Source: Octopus bimaculoides
Lineage: Eukaryota
Direction: 5' to 3'
Length of the DNA: 64,000 nt
Assembly (NCBI RefSeq): GCF_001194135.2
Contig: NC_068998.1
Coordinates: 10,792,121-10,856,120, forward strand
In this document: one piece after another, positions 1 through 11,208 of the stretch
Numbering within the stretch: position 1 is the stretch's first letter
Layout of the letters: each line of letters starts with the position of its first letter
Position numbers and translations under genes: made by a program
Notes under the pieces: generated by a model
Told to the model about the DNA's origin: nothing
Seen by the model: only the letters and a program-made list of their open reading frames with translations
Databases searched by the model: none

Positions 1-771
1 ATAGTACCGCGGCATGTGTAAGGACTTTCAAGCGAGATCGTTGCCAGTGCCCCATGACTGNNNNNNNNNNNNNNNNNNNNNNNNNNNNNNNNNNNNNNNN
101 NNNNNNNNNNNNNNNNNNNNNNNNNNNNNNNNNNNNNNNNNNNNNNNNNNNNNNNNNNNNAGTGGGACTGAACCCAGAACCATGTGGTTGGGAAGCAAGC
201 TTCTCACCATACAGCCACTTCTGCACCAATAAGACTTTCTTTTTAATTCTTAAAGGTAACAAAGAATTGACATGCATCTAATGTGACTGACTGTATAACA
301 AATGGGATGCCAAGGTATGATGCAACCTATTAAATTTGTTCCCCACCTCACCCCAGATAAAGGAGGAGTTTGTCTTATGTGAGACCAAGTCTTACACACC
401 AGCCAATACAGTAGCTATGGTTACCTAGTCTTTTTTATTTATTTTTGTATATCTATTTTCCTAACACTTAAAACTTACAATTTATATCCTAAAGGTTAGT
501 GAAAATCTGACACGTATCATATAAAAGTTAAACATATTTTTTTAAGGGTTGGACAGTTCAATATTCTGGAGTACCGACAATTCAGCACATGTAATATATG
601 TCATTTATTAGTACATTATATTGGTGTTTGTTGCATATCTAAAACACATGCAACCTACAGACACAACAGTCATAGAATAGATTAACTATAAATAAGCAGA
701 AAGCATACATATACATGAAACAAACACCAGCAAAAAAAAACAAACATATATCCACACACCCATATGAAACC

Positions 772-998
772 AGGGACGTGCTGAGTGTTTATAAGACCAT
801 TATTTCGAGCATTGAAAATGAAAGAGGAGGGTTTTTTCCCTATCTGGATGCTCCAGGTAGAACTGGCAAGACATTTTTTCATCAACTTTTTTCTGGCTAA
901 ACTGCACCAAATGAAACATTGCCATAGCAATGGCATCAAGTGGAATAGCTGCAACTCTAAGTGGTGGCCGCATAACTCATTCCTGTTTCAAACTCCCT
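772..998 (+). mobile_element. Helitron PIF1-type helicase relic (frameshifted)
   Basis: Translates to YKTIISSIENERGGFFPYLDAPGRTGKTF (Walker A region, Helitron-type FLDAPGGTGKTF). After a frameshift it continues NIAIAMASSGIAATLSGGRITHSCFKLP, matching the Helitron/PIF1 motif ASSGIAATLL.GGRTAHS.FKLP. Confidence 0.8.
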
Positions 999-1587
999 GA
1001 ATAAAATAGATCGATAGCAACATTTTTCCTTTTCTGGCAAAATATGCACCCAGTTCAATAAAATTATGAAGGTAACGCTGATTACTATGCATAAAATGCA
1101 AAATATTTAATCTTTTTGTAGATTAGGTAGGCATGATTCGCTCCTGCCTTTCAATCTCAGTATTAAAGCTACGCAGAGTACCCAAGGTCAATAAGATGCC
1201 CTGTGCTGAATTGTCTATGCACTGAATTGTCGCGTCACACAATATTCTGTTGTCTTGTAGGCAAGACAGAGTGTTGTGAGAAGATACACAATTTATGAGA
1301 GATATTCAGATGTATAAAGGAAATTTAAAAGCAATTAGTGTAAACATTATTCTGTGGTATATATATTTTGGTCAATCCTGAATGAGCAAACCATCAAATA
1401 AAATGATGATGTTGCAGCTCCAAGCCAATTCTAATCAGACAGATCCTTGACATGCAGTTTGTCAGTCAAATAACTAAGTGTAACCCTAACAAATGTATTA
1501 TTCATAGGAGAGTATTGTAGTTCACTTGAAGCATTGTGTATTGCTTGTAAAGAATAAAAAGTTTTGAATGGTACAACAATGCACTAT

Positions 1588-1757
1588 AATACAAAAAATG
1601 GACTATATACCTGTTGTAATTTAGTTATCCATAGTCCTTCTTCAGATATTCTTAGATGGAGTCTAAGCAACTCCATCTGAAGAAGGAATTGTATTCCGAA
1701 ATATCATCGGACTATAGATAACTAAATTACAACAGGTATATAGTCCATTTTTGTATT
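1588..1757. repeat. Imperfect ~170-bp palindrome
   Basis: Arms AATACAAAAAATGGACTATATACCTGTTGTAATTTAGTTATCCATAGTCC (1588-1637) and its near-perfect reverse complement (1709-1757). Nested inner inverted repeats TTCTTCAGAT/ATCTGAAGAA and AGATGGAGT/ACTCCATCT. Confidence 0.85.
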
Positions 1758-4700
1758 ATTCATGATTCAAAGACAGTGTTGTTGTTATTGTCTAACCTCA
1801 GATCATCCCTAACAGAGTTAGCAGGCTCATGACCAAAGGCATTCCAGTTGTGGCCGTCTCATCTTTATTTTAGATACAGTTTAACTATGACTATGTCACT
1901 GAGGAAAAGTGAAAAGTGTGTATAGAATGATGGTGATGCACTTGCTTTCACAGATCCCAAGAAGAAAGAAGTATGGAAATTTTACTATGTTACTAGGAGA
2001 GGTTGCTGAATGTGGAGAATGCATGGAAGTGAGAAAATTTTCATGCAATTTGCACTGCAGGACAATGTTTACCAGCCAAGACTATGTAGGTCCACTAGTG
2101 CAAGCTCTGTGCAAAACATCTGAAGAAGATTAATGGCTCATGTCGTCTGAAATAAAATGTCTATAAAGATGGGATGATCACAGCTAAAGTGCATTTGATC
2201 ACAGGTTTGTATTGTCAGGCTGACCTTGAAACCAACCTACAAAAAAGGCGTCTATGCAGTCATTCGAGTAGCTAGTAATAGCACCCAAGTCTCCCTTAGA
2301 TCACACTCTACCATCATGAAAAATATAAAGGATGCACTGGAAATTGTATGTAGTCCTTGATATACTATATCTACAAAGTAAAAGATAGGATGGTCACAAC
2401 TGGAAGGCTTTTCGGTATGGGTCTGCTTGGTCAGAGCTGACCTCGGGCTACACAAAAACAACAATTCAATGAATGACAACAACAGTAAGTAAAATAAATA
2501 ATAAATTGCTTTAGATTTGAAACAAAGCAGTGGGGGAAAAGGAATTGAAATAATGCCCAATTCTCGTTAATTGTACCATTTTAACAAAACATCAAACAGA
2601 AGGATTGTTCGTAATTTTAAGTCGGCGCTGACTAATCAAAACCTTATGATCAAAGCATTGTCATCATCATCAGGGGTTTTTTTTTTTTGGCAGATATAGA
2701 GTACTATGGACGACATTAGCCAGTGTGTCCTTCCATGCTTTTTTTTTTTTTTTTTGCATGCCAAGGTGTAATTTGAGAGTTGAATTGACTGCTATTTCTA
2801 GTAGATTGAATGTTAATCCACGTGACTCAATGGCAAAAGGTGAAGGTCATAATGTCTTGCAGAATTTAACGGTTCAAGATTTGATTGAAAAAGAAATCCA
2901 AAAGTCAAAAGATAGTGTTGAAGAAAATGTGAAAAATTAATCTAAACGTAATAGATATTGAGAAATAATTTGAAATTACATCAATAAACTACTATAAAAA
3001 AAGAACTTTGCAGCTTTAACAGGCGATGGTATAAAATGAAACACTTAAAAATATACACCATTTGAAAAATAAACACGCCAATTGTATTTTCACTGAACAT
3101 TATTTTAGCTTTCGTTTTCATATTTATTTACTTTGGTTTACTCTCCATTTACGATGTTTCAACAGATATACAAAATTTAAAAAAATAATGACAGCAATCA
3201 GGTTTTGTCAACAAATAAACTAGATAGCATGAAAAATTTGACCTCTTGAACCCTGAAACCCAAAACAAACGCAAGGGCTGAGTTAGTAAGGTACACACAC
3301 AGAAACGACAAAGATTTTCAAAACTAACTGAAGGCAGTTTAGTTTAATTCTATGAAGTATTATTGGTAAAAATGATAGTAACCATTATTATCACCATTAA
3401 GAAAAATAATACTGTATTTTTTCAGTTCGAATGTAGAGTTAAAACTCTTGGCACTACTAAAGTTTCTTGAATAAAACCGAAAACAAACGGAATATACATA
3501 TTAGTTCCACCTCGTTTTTAATGGAGTGGAAACCTTTGGATGTCACGCACTCATTTCCATGCTATTATAAATGAGGGGACATGACTTGTGAAAAGAAATA
3601 TTAGAATGATGAACTAAGGAGTTCTGGAATTGCTGTGAGATTAAGAGAAATTCATTGATATATATATCATTAAGAGAGAGGGCGAAAATGCTAATCCGAA
3701 AGGAAGGTTGTTCTTTCTATATCAAAGACAACTAAATCATTAGAAAATTATGATATGAATATTGCAATCATTTGAAATATCTTTCTAATGAACAACTGAA
3801 AAGGGCTGTAATGTTACCAATTAATGAATCGTATGAGACATCGAGGGAGACCCTCTAAATGATCGGTCGCTTGACCATGGCTGACCTAAGATAAAATAAC
3901 CAATCAACCAAGAAATCGATCAAGACAGTGATTAGTTCTGGTCATGTGGGTTTATATCGAAAATAGTATATTTTATGCCCATTTTGGTACTGTTTTCTTT
4001 TTTAAAAGTCTCTATTCGATCGCTCGACCTGCTAGAGATAGCAGCCAAATCTCAATTCACAGAAAGATGTCTTAAATATGGTAGAATGCATTAAAATGTA
4101 ACCCCTGATGTACACACGAAAAGCTGTGGTGGTCAAGGCCATGACGCCTTTCATCATGGGTTGCCGACGAGAACAAACCCAGAACTATAGCTGTTCCTTT
4201 ATTCGAAACAATACCAGTTGTCAAAATAGCATGAAACAGTTAAAAGACGGCGATGTTTCAGTATTTAGTCCTTTCAGCACCATGGGATGAACAGAACTTT
4301 TTAATATTACTGTGTTTGTGCTTATTGCTATGGTTATAAAAATATAGGTTCAAATACACTGACTTACTATGAAATATCTTAAAAACTACCCCCCACCAAT
4401 ATCTTCATAGTCCAACAATAAATAAAAGGTTTCGAGGGTTTAGTATTATTTTTTTTTTTAACTTCATTAAAGGTAAAAAGGTTTGGAAGGAATTAACTGA
4501 CAAAGCCGTCAAGAAAACAAAGTCTTCGGTGATGATGCAATATGTTAATAATAAAATAATAATTTTTTTCTAAAGGCCAGCAATTTTAAGAGGAGAGAGA
4601 AGTCAATTACACTGACCACAGTACTCAACAAATACTTATTTTATCGACCCTGAAAGGGACGAAAGGCAAAAGCTGACCTCAGCAGCATTTGAACTTAGAA

Positions 4701-4865
4701 AGTAGTGTTAATAGCAATAATAATAATAATGAATATCTTTAAACAGTGTCCCGTAAAATAAATTCTTTATATCAAAGAGAAAGTAATTAATGAAAAAGAA
4801 ATATATGTGGGTGTTTGACAAGAGTTGTTTGGAAGGTGTATATAGTTTTAGGGTGGAGGACTTAC

Positions 4866-4977
4866 TTTGGTTGGCAATTTCTTCAGCGTCTATGACATTA
4901 CAACGAAGATTCCTCAACATGTCAGTGACAGTCGTCTTTCCTGAGGCTATACCACCTGTTAAGCCTACAATATACAT
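4866..4977 (-). CDS. DCAKD: Dephospho-CoA kinase domain protein (DCAKD/CoaE-like), first coding exon; remaining exons not found and probably left of the window
   Basis: ATG at 4977 gives [37 protein letters not shown] (P-loop [11 protein letters not shown] typical of CoaE/DCAKD N-termini). It ends at a GTAAGT donor after 112 nt (phase 1). Confidence 0.85.
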
Positions 4978-6439
4978 GGCTGTAGTGTTCTTATAAACCC
5001 ACGAGTAAGGTGTGGACAAGGAAATTACAGTTTGCGATTAAACGAAAATACGATTTCAATCGAACTTTTCTTCTCTCTCTCTCTCAGACCGCCGTTTGTT
5101 TGAAATGAGAAAGTAGAAGTGATGTTGTTATAGGTTTTTCAGCCTGTTTTCCTTATTTTAAGAAATTCTTCAGTAATGTTTGGTCTTCTTTGGTATTTTT
5201 GGTGAGATATTTTGTGTTAAAACTGTCGAAGTTGTTAAATAAGGAAGAAAGGTTTACAGAATGAAGTCCTAGAAAGGTAAGGTAGTAAAAAAAACGAAAA
5301 TTTTCCGGTGATGACCTAAATGTGTACCCCAGTAAAAATTCGAAACTGATAAAGCTTCATGAGAAAACATTGAAGGATAAAACAAGAGAAAAGAAAGAAA
5401 AAAAAAGAAAGAAAAATTAATGAATGGAATAAATTGGTAAATTTTAAAAAGACTGTTTAAAGAATAAAAGAAAAATTTGAAATATTAAAAAGGTAATAAT
5501 AAAAATCAGTAGATGTGAAATGAAGATGAAATAAAATGATTCAAAACATAATCAATAAAAAAACAATAACAAAGTGCTATCTTAGCTCATCAGAAGAACA
5601 TAATATAATATGATATATTATGAGGATCGATCGATTAATCCAACCAGCCGAGATATTCGACCGTGTGATTTGAGACCTAGAACTTCACAGAGTTTACAGA
5701 CTGATAAGGAATGCATGCACGTAAACGTGCATAGTTTTGCAAACATAAAACGAAACAGACGCTCGCATGCACATAGGTTGGCTGGTTCGCGTCTACTCTG
5801 GTCCAGCTTGAGTCTTTGAGAATTTAAAATAGTTCACGAGAAATCTCTGAGCTGTGCTAATGGTTAAATAAACAGCAAAGTGTTAATATAGGAGGGTGGG
5901 GCAAAATGAGTAACTTCTGATTCTTAGCTATTTTTGTACCCGTTTGAAATCATTGCATTACAAGCATTACATCATCATTATTTTGTACTGCTGCATCGTC
6001 TTCAGAAGCAAAGATTGGTTAGCATAGTTGTTGTTGAGGTTGAAAGTGTTCAAAACATAGTCAGGTGGCAGGTCCTCTTTTTTCAAGAAATTTTTCCTCA
6101 GCTTTGATCCGATTTTTAATGAGGCTGCTAAGTTTTAGTGTTTAACAAACAATATTCTTTTCTTTGTTGGGTTCCAGGCCAATTTTTTCCGATATTAATG
6201 TTTAATTTGATCATTTTCAAGTTTCAAAAAAAAAAATGACATCTAAATGGGGTAAAATGAGTAATGACTAATTACAATAATTTCTTCTCTTTAATTGCAT
6301 GGTGAGTAAATATATCACAAAGACACTCCAGCAGGTTGTGAAAAACCTACAGATTATAAATTATGTTAAATTTCTTTTTATTTTATTTAGTCAAGTTTTG
6401 TTAATTTCATATCAATGTGCCGTTTGACTTGATACTCTT

Positions 6440-6670
6440 TATTCTCTTTTACTCTCTTTTACTCGTTTCAATCATTTGACTGCGGTCATGCTGGAGCACC
6501 GCCTTCAGTCGAGAAAATCGACCCCAGGACTTATTCTTTGGATGCCTAGTACTTATTCTATCGGTTTCTTTTGCCGAACCGCTAGGTTACGGGGACGTAA
6601 ACACACCACCATCGGTTGTCAAGCGATGTTGGGGGGATAAATACAGACACACAAACACATACACATACAT
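6440..6670 (-). mobile_element. Octopus tRNA-derived SINE family, 3' half
   Basis: Reverse complement matches the 3' half of the full copy at 38259-38681 (GGCGGTGCTCCAGCATG...GACTGAAAC.AGTAAAAGAG tail). Confidence 0.75.
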
Positions 6671-7337
6671 ACCTAGAGTAGAAAAGAATAATTATTATGT
6701 TTCGCTGAAGAGGTATAATGCGACCGAAACATTTTTCAGCTACAGTGAGATATCTGTAGAAAATTTCACTAAAAATATCCAGTTTTTAAAGTTAGAGGAA
6801 ACTAAGGAGACTTCTGGAGATTACCTGAAACTCCTCTCCCACCCCCGAAAAACTTTTTCAAAATAAATTCCGATATAATAGTGATCTACACCATCTGAAA
6901 AGTATTCGGAGACAATTTCATTAAAAGATATAAATTTTTCTGAAAGTTATGGAGTAACAAAAATCGGCGGTGCACAGTTGTATAGGTATGCCACTAGACT
7001 ATCAGTTAACACCATAATATTACATTTTAACAATGAATTAATTATGAATGAATATTTATACGGAAAGAAAATGAGACTGTGTGGTTTCTTCCCCCACAGT
7101 TTTGCGAGTAAATTATGAGAAGTGTGATAGTAAATTAAAAGACAATCAAAATGAGATTGCGAACTCGGTACGCTAAAATACATATTTAAGACAAAAGAGA
7201 TGCATGTAGGTAGTAGTATGTTCTCTGATCAGGAATAATATAGCACATCGTAAAGTATTTCAATTTCAATAACACGAATACTTAAAAGGAGTGAAAATCA
7301 TCAAGAATAAATTATGATAAACACGATAGAATTATTC

Positions 7338-7378
7338 AATTACCTCCCTTGAATAATGTCGTAGATTACAACTGAATC
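7338..7378 (+). promoter_or_regulatory. Candidate distal element of U1 copy A (about -270 to -230)
   Basis: AATTAC(C/T)TCCCTTGAAT and TACAACTGAAT are conserved at a similar distance upstream of both U1 genes (copy B: 10868-10908, minus strand). Confidence 0.45.
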
Positions 7379-7531
7379 AGTTATTAAAAGGCATTTAATT
7401 AATAGATACATATAATGTACGTAAATTAAATAGAAATACTTTTTAAAATATAGGAAAAAGGAGTAAATGATTTGTTTAGTAAAATATTTGAGAGCTTTTT
7501 AAATTTTATACTGGAAGAAAATAAATAATAG

Positions 7532-7577
7532 GAAATGTTATTGATATAAAATCAGTGAATAGTTTTAATGGAAACTG
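7532..7577 (+). promoter_or_regulatory. Candidate proximal sequence element (PSE) of U1 copy A
   Basis: TGATATAAAATCAGT at -65..-51 is identical to the block at -66..-52 of copy B, within otherwise diverged flanks. This is where metazoan snRNA PSEs lie. Confidence 0.55.
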
Positions 7578-7606
7578 TTTATATTGAAAATTTTACGTAG
7601 AAAATC

Positions 7607-7769
7607 ATACTTACCTGGCACAGGGGTAAACCATGATCATCAAGGTGGTTCTCCCAGAGCGAGGCCCTTCCATTGCACTCCGGTTGGGTTGACCTTTGCG
7701 ATCGCCCCAAATGTGGGCGACTCGGGTGCGCTATTTCTAAGTGTGGGGTCTGCGTTCGCGCTCACCCCG
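7607..7769 (+). ncRNA. U1: U1 spliceosomal snRNA (copy A)
   Basis: Begins ATACTTACCTG (5' splice-site pairing sequence). Has the U1A loop ATTGCACTCC, SL3 CCCCAAATGTGGG and SL4 GCGTTCGCGC; length 163 nt; stems show compensatory changes relative to vertebrate U1. Confidence 0.96.
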
Positions 7770-9187
7770 TAAATCAAACAAAGAACAGAAATATTCCCTT
7801 CCATCTACTTCTGTCGTTTAATTCCTAAATGCATAAAATGATAGGACCCCTATCTGCAAAATTTCTTTACGTTTGTGTTTCCTCGACCTACTCGATATTT
7901 CGGTGGGGGGTTCGTTCGAATGGGTGAGAGGCATGATTCGAAATATTTACATTTTGGATTAGCTTAGTTTTCAGAGATTTGGGTTTATTTCTAGCATATC
8001 GAGTCATTACGTTGAAGTCACCTTTGTTTCATCTGTTGGCTCGACAAACGTCCGGGTTTAAAACCACCGGAGGTTGAGTGGGGTGGTCATTCTGAAAAAC
8101 GGGTAGAGAAGGGATATCTTAATACAAAATAAAATTAGGTATATTAATTATCTTTATAAAATTTATTTTTATAACTTCTGAAGGATGTTTTATTATCAAT
8201 CCTGCAGATAAATGTACTTAAAACGAGAGAGCGCCGAAATATATATTTTTTCAATAATAGTGGATGTGTGCTCAACACGTCTGCTGTCCTGGTTTTCAGA
8301 ATATCCTCCATCCCATCGCATAACACTTCTTGAAAGTAAACTCATTCAATCATTTGGGCGTGCAAAGACTATAGTATGAATCTTTATTATGATCACTACG
8401 GATCGAACATAGATGAGTACAGTACAGGACAAACAATTACATAAAATGAATGAGATCGTGCTTATTTACAATTTGATTTTGACTATTATGTACAATTTGA
8501 TAATTTAAAAAAAAAAAATTAATGAGAACTTAAAACAGATCCGTCTTTTGTTCTTATTTTTAAAATAGTAAAGAAATTACATTCTCCAGCCGAGCAGCTT
8601 ATACGGCCCAGCAGATAATTTTTTATTTCTTCGATGGTTAATTTGGGCAACTAGCACCCACCTTTTTCATCACTTCCTTCCATCTTTGCTCATATACTCT
8701 AGTTGACAGTGTCCTCTTTTCCAAAGACTATAGTAGAAGACACATGCCCAAGGTGGCACGCACTGGAACTGATCCTAATACCGCTAGAATGGGAAGCAAG
8801 CCACCTTAGCATAACAACCACGCCTGCGCTTATAAACAACTATTGGATTATAAAGGGATAGGGATAATGAAAGTGTTCGGTAGTTTCCGTTGAATTTTAA
8901 AATTTTCTTTTCAGCTGAATCGCTATATTTATATTTTGATTTTGTGTATGCATTATGTGTTCGTGTATGTATGTATAAGTACTCTATATGTATGTGTATT
9001 TGTGCATACACAAATATACATACACGCACATAAACATACATATATACACAAATATAAGCGATTCAACTGAAAAGAAAAATTAAAGACATAAAAAGTTTGT
9101 ACGGAAATTGCCGAACAAACACTTTCGTAATGCCTCTGCCTTTATTGAAAGATAGCCAAATTGTCGAAGTATCGGTCGCAATCTGAT

Positions 9188-9392
9188 AGGTTTGTGGTCG
9201 ATCCTGGGGTAGTGGAGAGCGTTCTCAGACCACATACCGGTTCACATACTCTCGGGGCTGAGATAGCTATCCGCATGTGCGAGCCCCATGAGTGAAAGTG
9301 ACTGTTCCAGTGCATCGCCTGCACCCACTAACCCCACTGGCTGTCCCATTTTGTCCGCTGGTATCATGAGGCGGACTGACAAACCTTTTTTG
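9188..9392 (+). ncRNA. Unidentified candidate structured RNA (GC-rich island, paired ends, T6 tract)
   Basis: Terminal pairing AGGTTTGT/ACAAACCT; long-range pairing GGGGTAGTGG/CCACTAACCCC; hairpins GGGGCT/AGCCCC and GTCCGC/GCGGAC; ends TTTTTT. No family recognised. Confidence 0.3.
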
Positions 9393-10484
9393 ATACTACG
9401 TGTTACTTATTGTTTTAATTCCACGTTATTTTCAATGTAAACTAGAATACTAATAATAGAATAACCCGTTCATTCAGCCAGTACGGAGCGAAGAAAGCAG
9501 GGTTACATGAATGTTTTCGTCCATTCATCGAGCAGTAAAGAGCGCTAGAAAAAAAAAAATTCTCTAATATTTCTGTGAATGTAAGAAACACCATTCTGCA
9601 TGCATGGCAACATTCCACAGATTCTTATGCAATTTCAGGTTACTGGAACGGTTGGCGGTTGGGAAAAGAGCAAAAACAACTGTACTGATACATTCCTTAC
9701 TTCTGCCAGACGGGCGAATGCCGGAGACGAAAAAATATTTTTAAGAATCGAAATCTTCATATTTTTCTTATAGTGGACTATTACTATCAAATACTTGATT
9801 TCTTTTATATAATACGCTAGATTTGGCTGTTATTTCTAGCATGTTCAGTGATCATATTGAGGTCGCTCTCTCTCTCTCTCTCTCTCACTTACTCACTCAC
9901 ATGTGTGTTGATTCAGAAGTAGGCCTCTACGCATGCTTGAACGGCAAGTTAAAAATGTTTTTTCTGATGGTCGATGGGTTTCCAAAAGCGGAAGGATGGG
10001 GGCTTATTTTCAGAATCTTAATCTCCGTATTTTAACACGTAGGATGTAAAAATAAATAAATAAAGGATTTTAAAAAAATGGGTGATTGAGCAAAATCGTA
10101 AAACAATAATTCGAAAAAATTTTTGAAAGAAAAATATAATGTCGGGTGCTCATTTGACATGTCTACCAACTTATAATTTATATTAAGATCACACACTCCA
10201 TTGTGTTCGTTATTAAGACGATGATATGAGGGAAATTTGCTTGCTGTTTCTTGCAGCTTAGCAATGTTTTCCTTTTTAAGATAGTAACATATCGAGTTAT
10301 ATTTGGCTGCTATTTCTAGCCGCTTCAGTAACCGCATAGATTCTGCTTCTTATTATATACTATGCCCTTTGTAGAAATAGCAGTCAAACCATTCACCATA
10401 TTTATGCAACAGAATAGTTTTAATTATTCGTGTTGCTTGATGACACTGCTTAGAGGAGGGTAATTCTGTTCTTTGTTTGATTTA

Positions 10485-10647
10485 CGGGGTGAGCGCGAAC
10501 GCAGACCCCACACTTAGAAATAGCGCACCCGAGTCGCCCACATTTGGGGCGATCGCAAAGGTCAACCCAACCGGAGTGCAATGGAAGGGCCTCACTCTGG
10601 GAGAACCACCTTGAGGATCATGGTTTACCCCTGTGCCAGGTAAGTAT
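10485..10647 (-). ncRNA. U1: U1 spliceosomal snRNA (copy B)
   Basis: Reverse complement is 161/163 identical to copy A. It shares the downstream TAAATCAAACAAAGAACAGAA (candidate 3' box region). Confidence 0.96.
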
Positions 10648-10676
10648 GATTTTCCAAGTTATAATTTTGATTATAC

Positions 10677-10723
10677 ACAGGTTTCATTAAAACCATTTAC
10701 TGATTTTATATCAGTAACATTTC
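10677..10723 (-). promoter_or_regulatory. Candidate PSE of U1 copy B
   Basis: Reverse complement GAAATGTTACTGATATAAAATCAGTAAATGGTTTTAATGAAACCTG is homologous to 7532-7577. Confidence 0.55.
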
Positions 10724-11208
10724 TTAATATTTATTTTTTCCGTCGCAAAATTTAAAAAGTCCTGAAATATTTTTATTAATCTAATCATTTACTATTCTTT
10801 TCTCTCAATATTTTCATTTATTTAACTATTATTATATATATTTAACAATTAAACTCTCTCTAAAATGCATTCAGTTGTAGGACACAACAAAATTCAAGGG
10901 AAGTAATTTACCAAGTCTAATCAATATGACAAATTATTGATGACTGAAAAGAACCAGCTATAGACATGTGCTTTCTTGCTAATAATATCTTGTAATTTAC
11001 TTCATATTTCGGTGAATTTCTTGCTGCTTACTTGAAAGTACTGATATGATTCAGTAAATATGTATATTTGGCAATTATTAGCATAAGATTTTAGATGTAA
11101 TATTTATATGCTTCATTGAAAGAAAAGTGGCTTCTCTCTAACAATGTACTGTCAATTCTTTTCTTGTTTTTAAAGGGTGAAAATTACAACTAAAAATATA
11201 TAAATTAC

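Noticed and set aside
5088-5277. Possible plus-strand non-coding exon (CTCTCAG ... AAAG|GTAAGG) divergent from DCAKD
   Set aside because: Splice-like signals only, with no ORF or partner exon; cannot be supported without transcripts.
6697-6732. CTGAAGA-GGT...ACC-GAAAC hammerhead-core-like string
   Set aside because: Only a 3-bp helix II; no NUH with a usable helix III or helix I. The flanks simply form an ATGTTTCG/CGAAACAT hairpin.
9130-9392. Reading the structured island as U11 (minus strand starts AAAAAAGG), RNase P (GGTCTGAG), RNase MRP (GAAAGT), telomerase RNA (CTAACCC) or an HDV-like ribozyme
   Set aside because: Each match is one short motif. The required partners are missing or wrongly spaced: Sm site after the closing stem, CR-V pairing, full template position, P2 helix.
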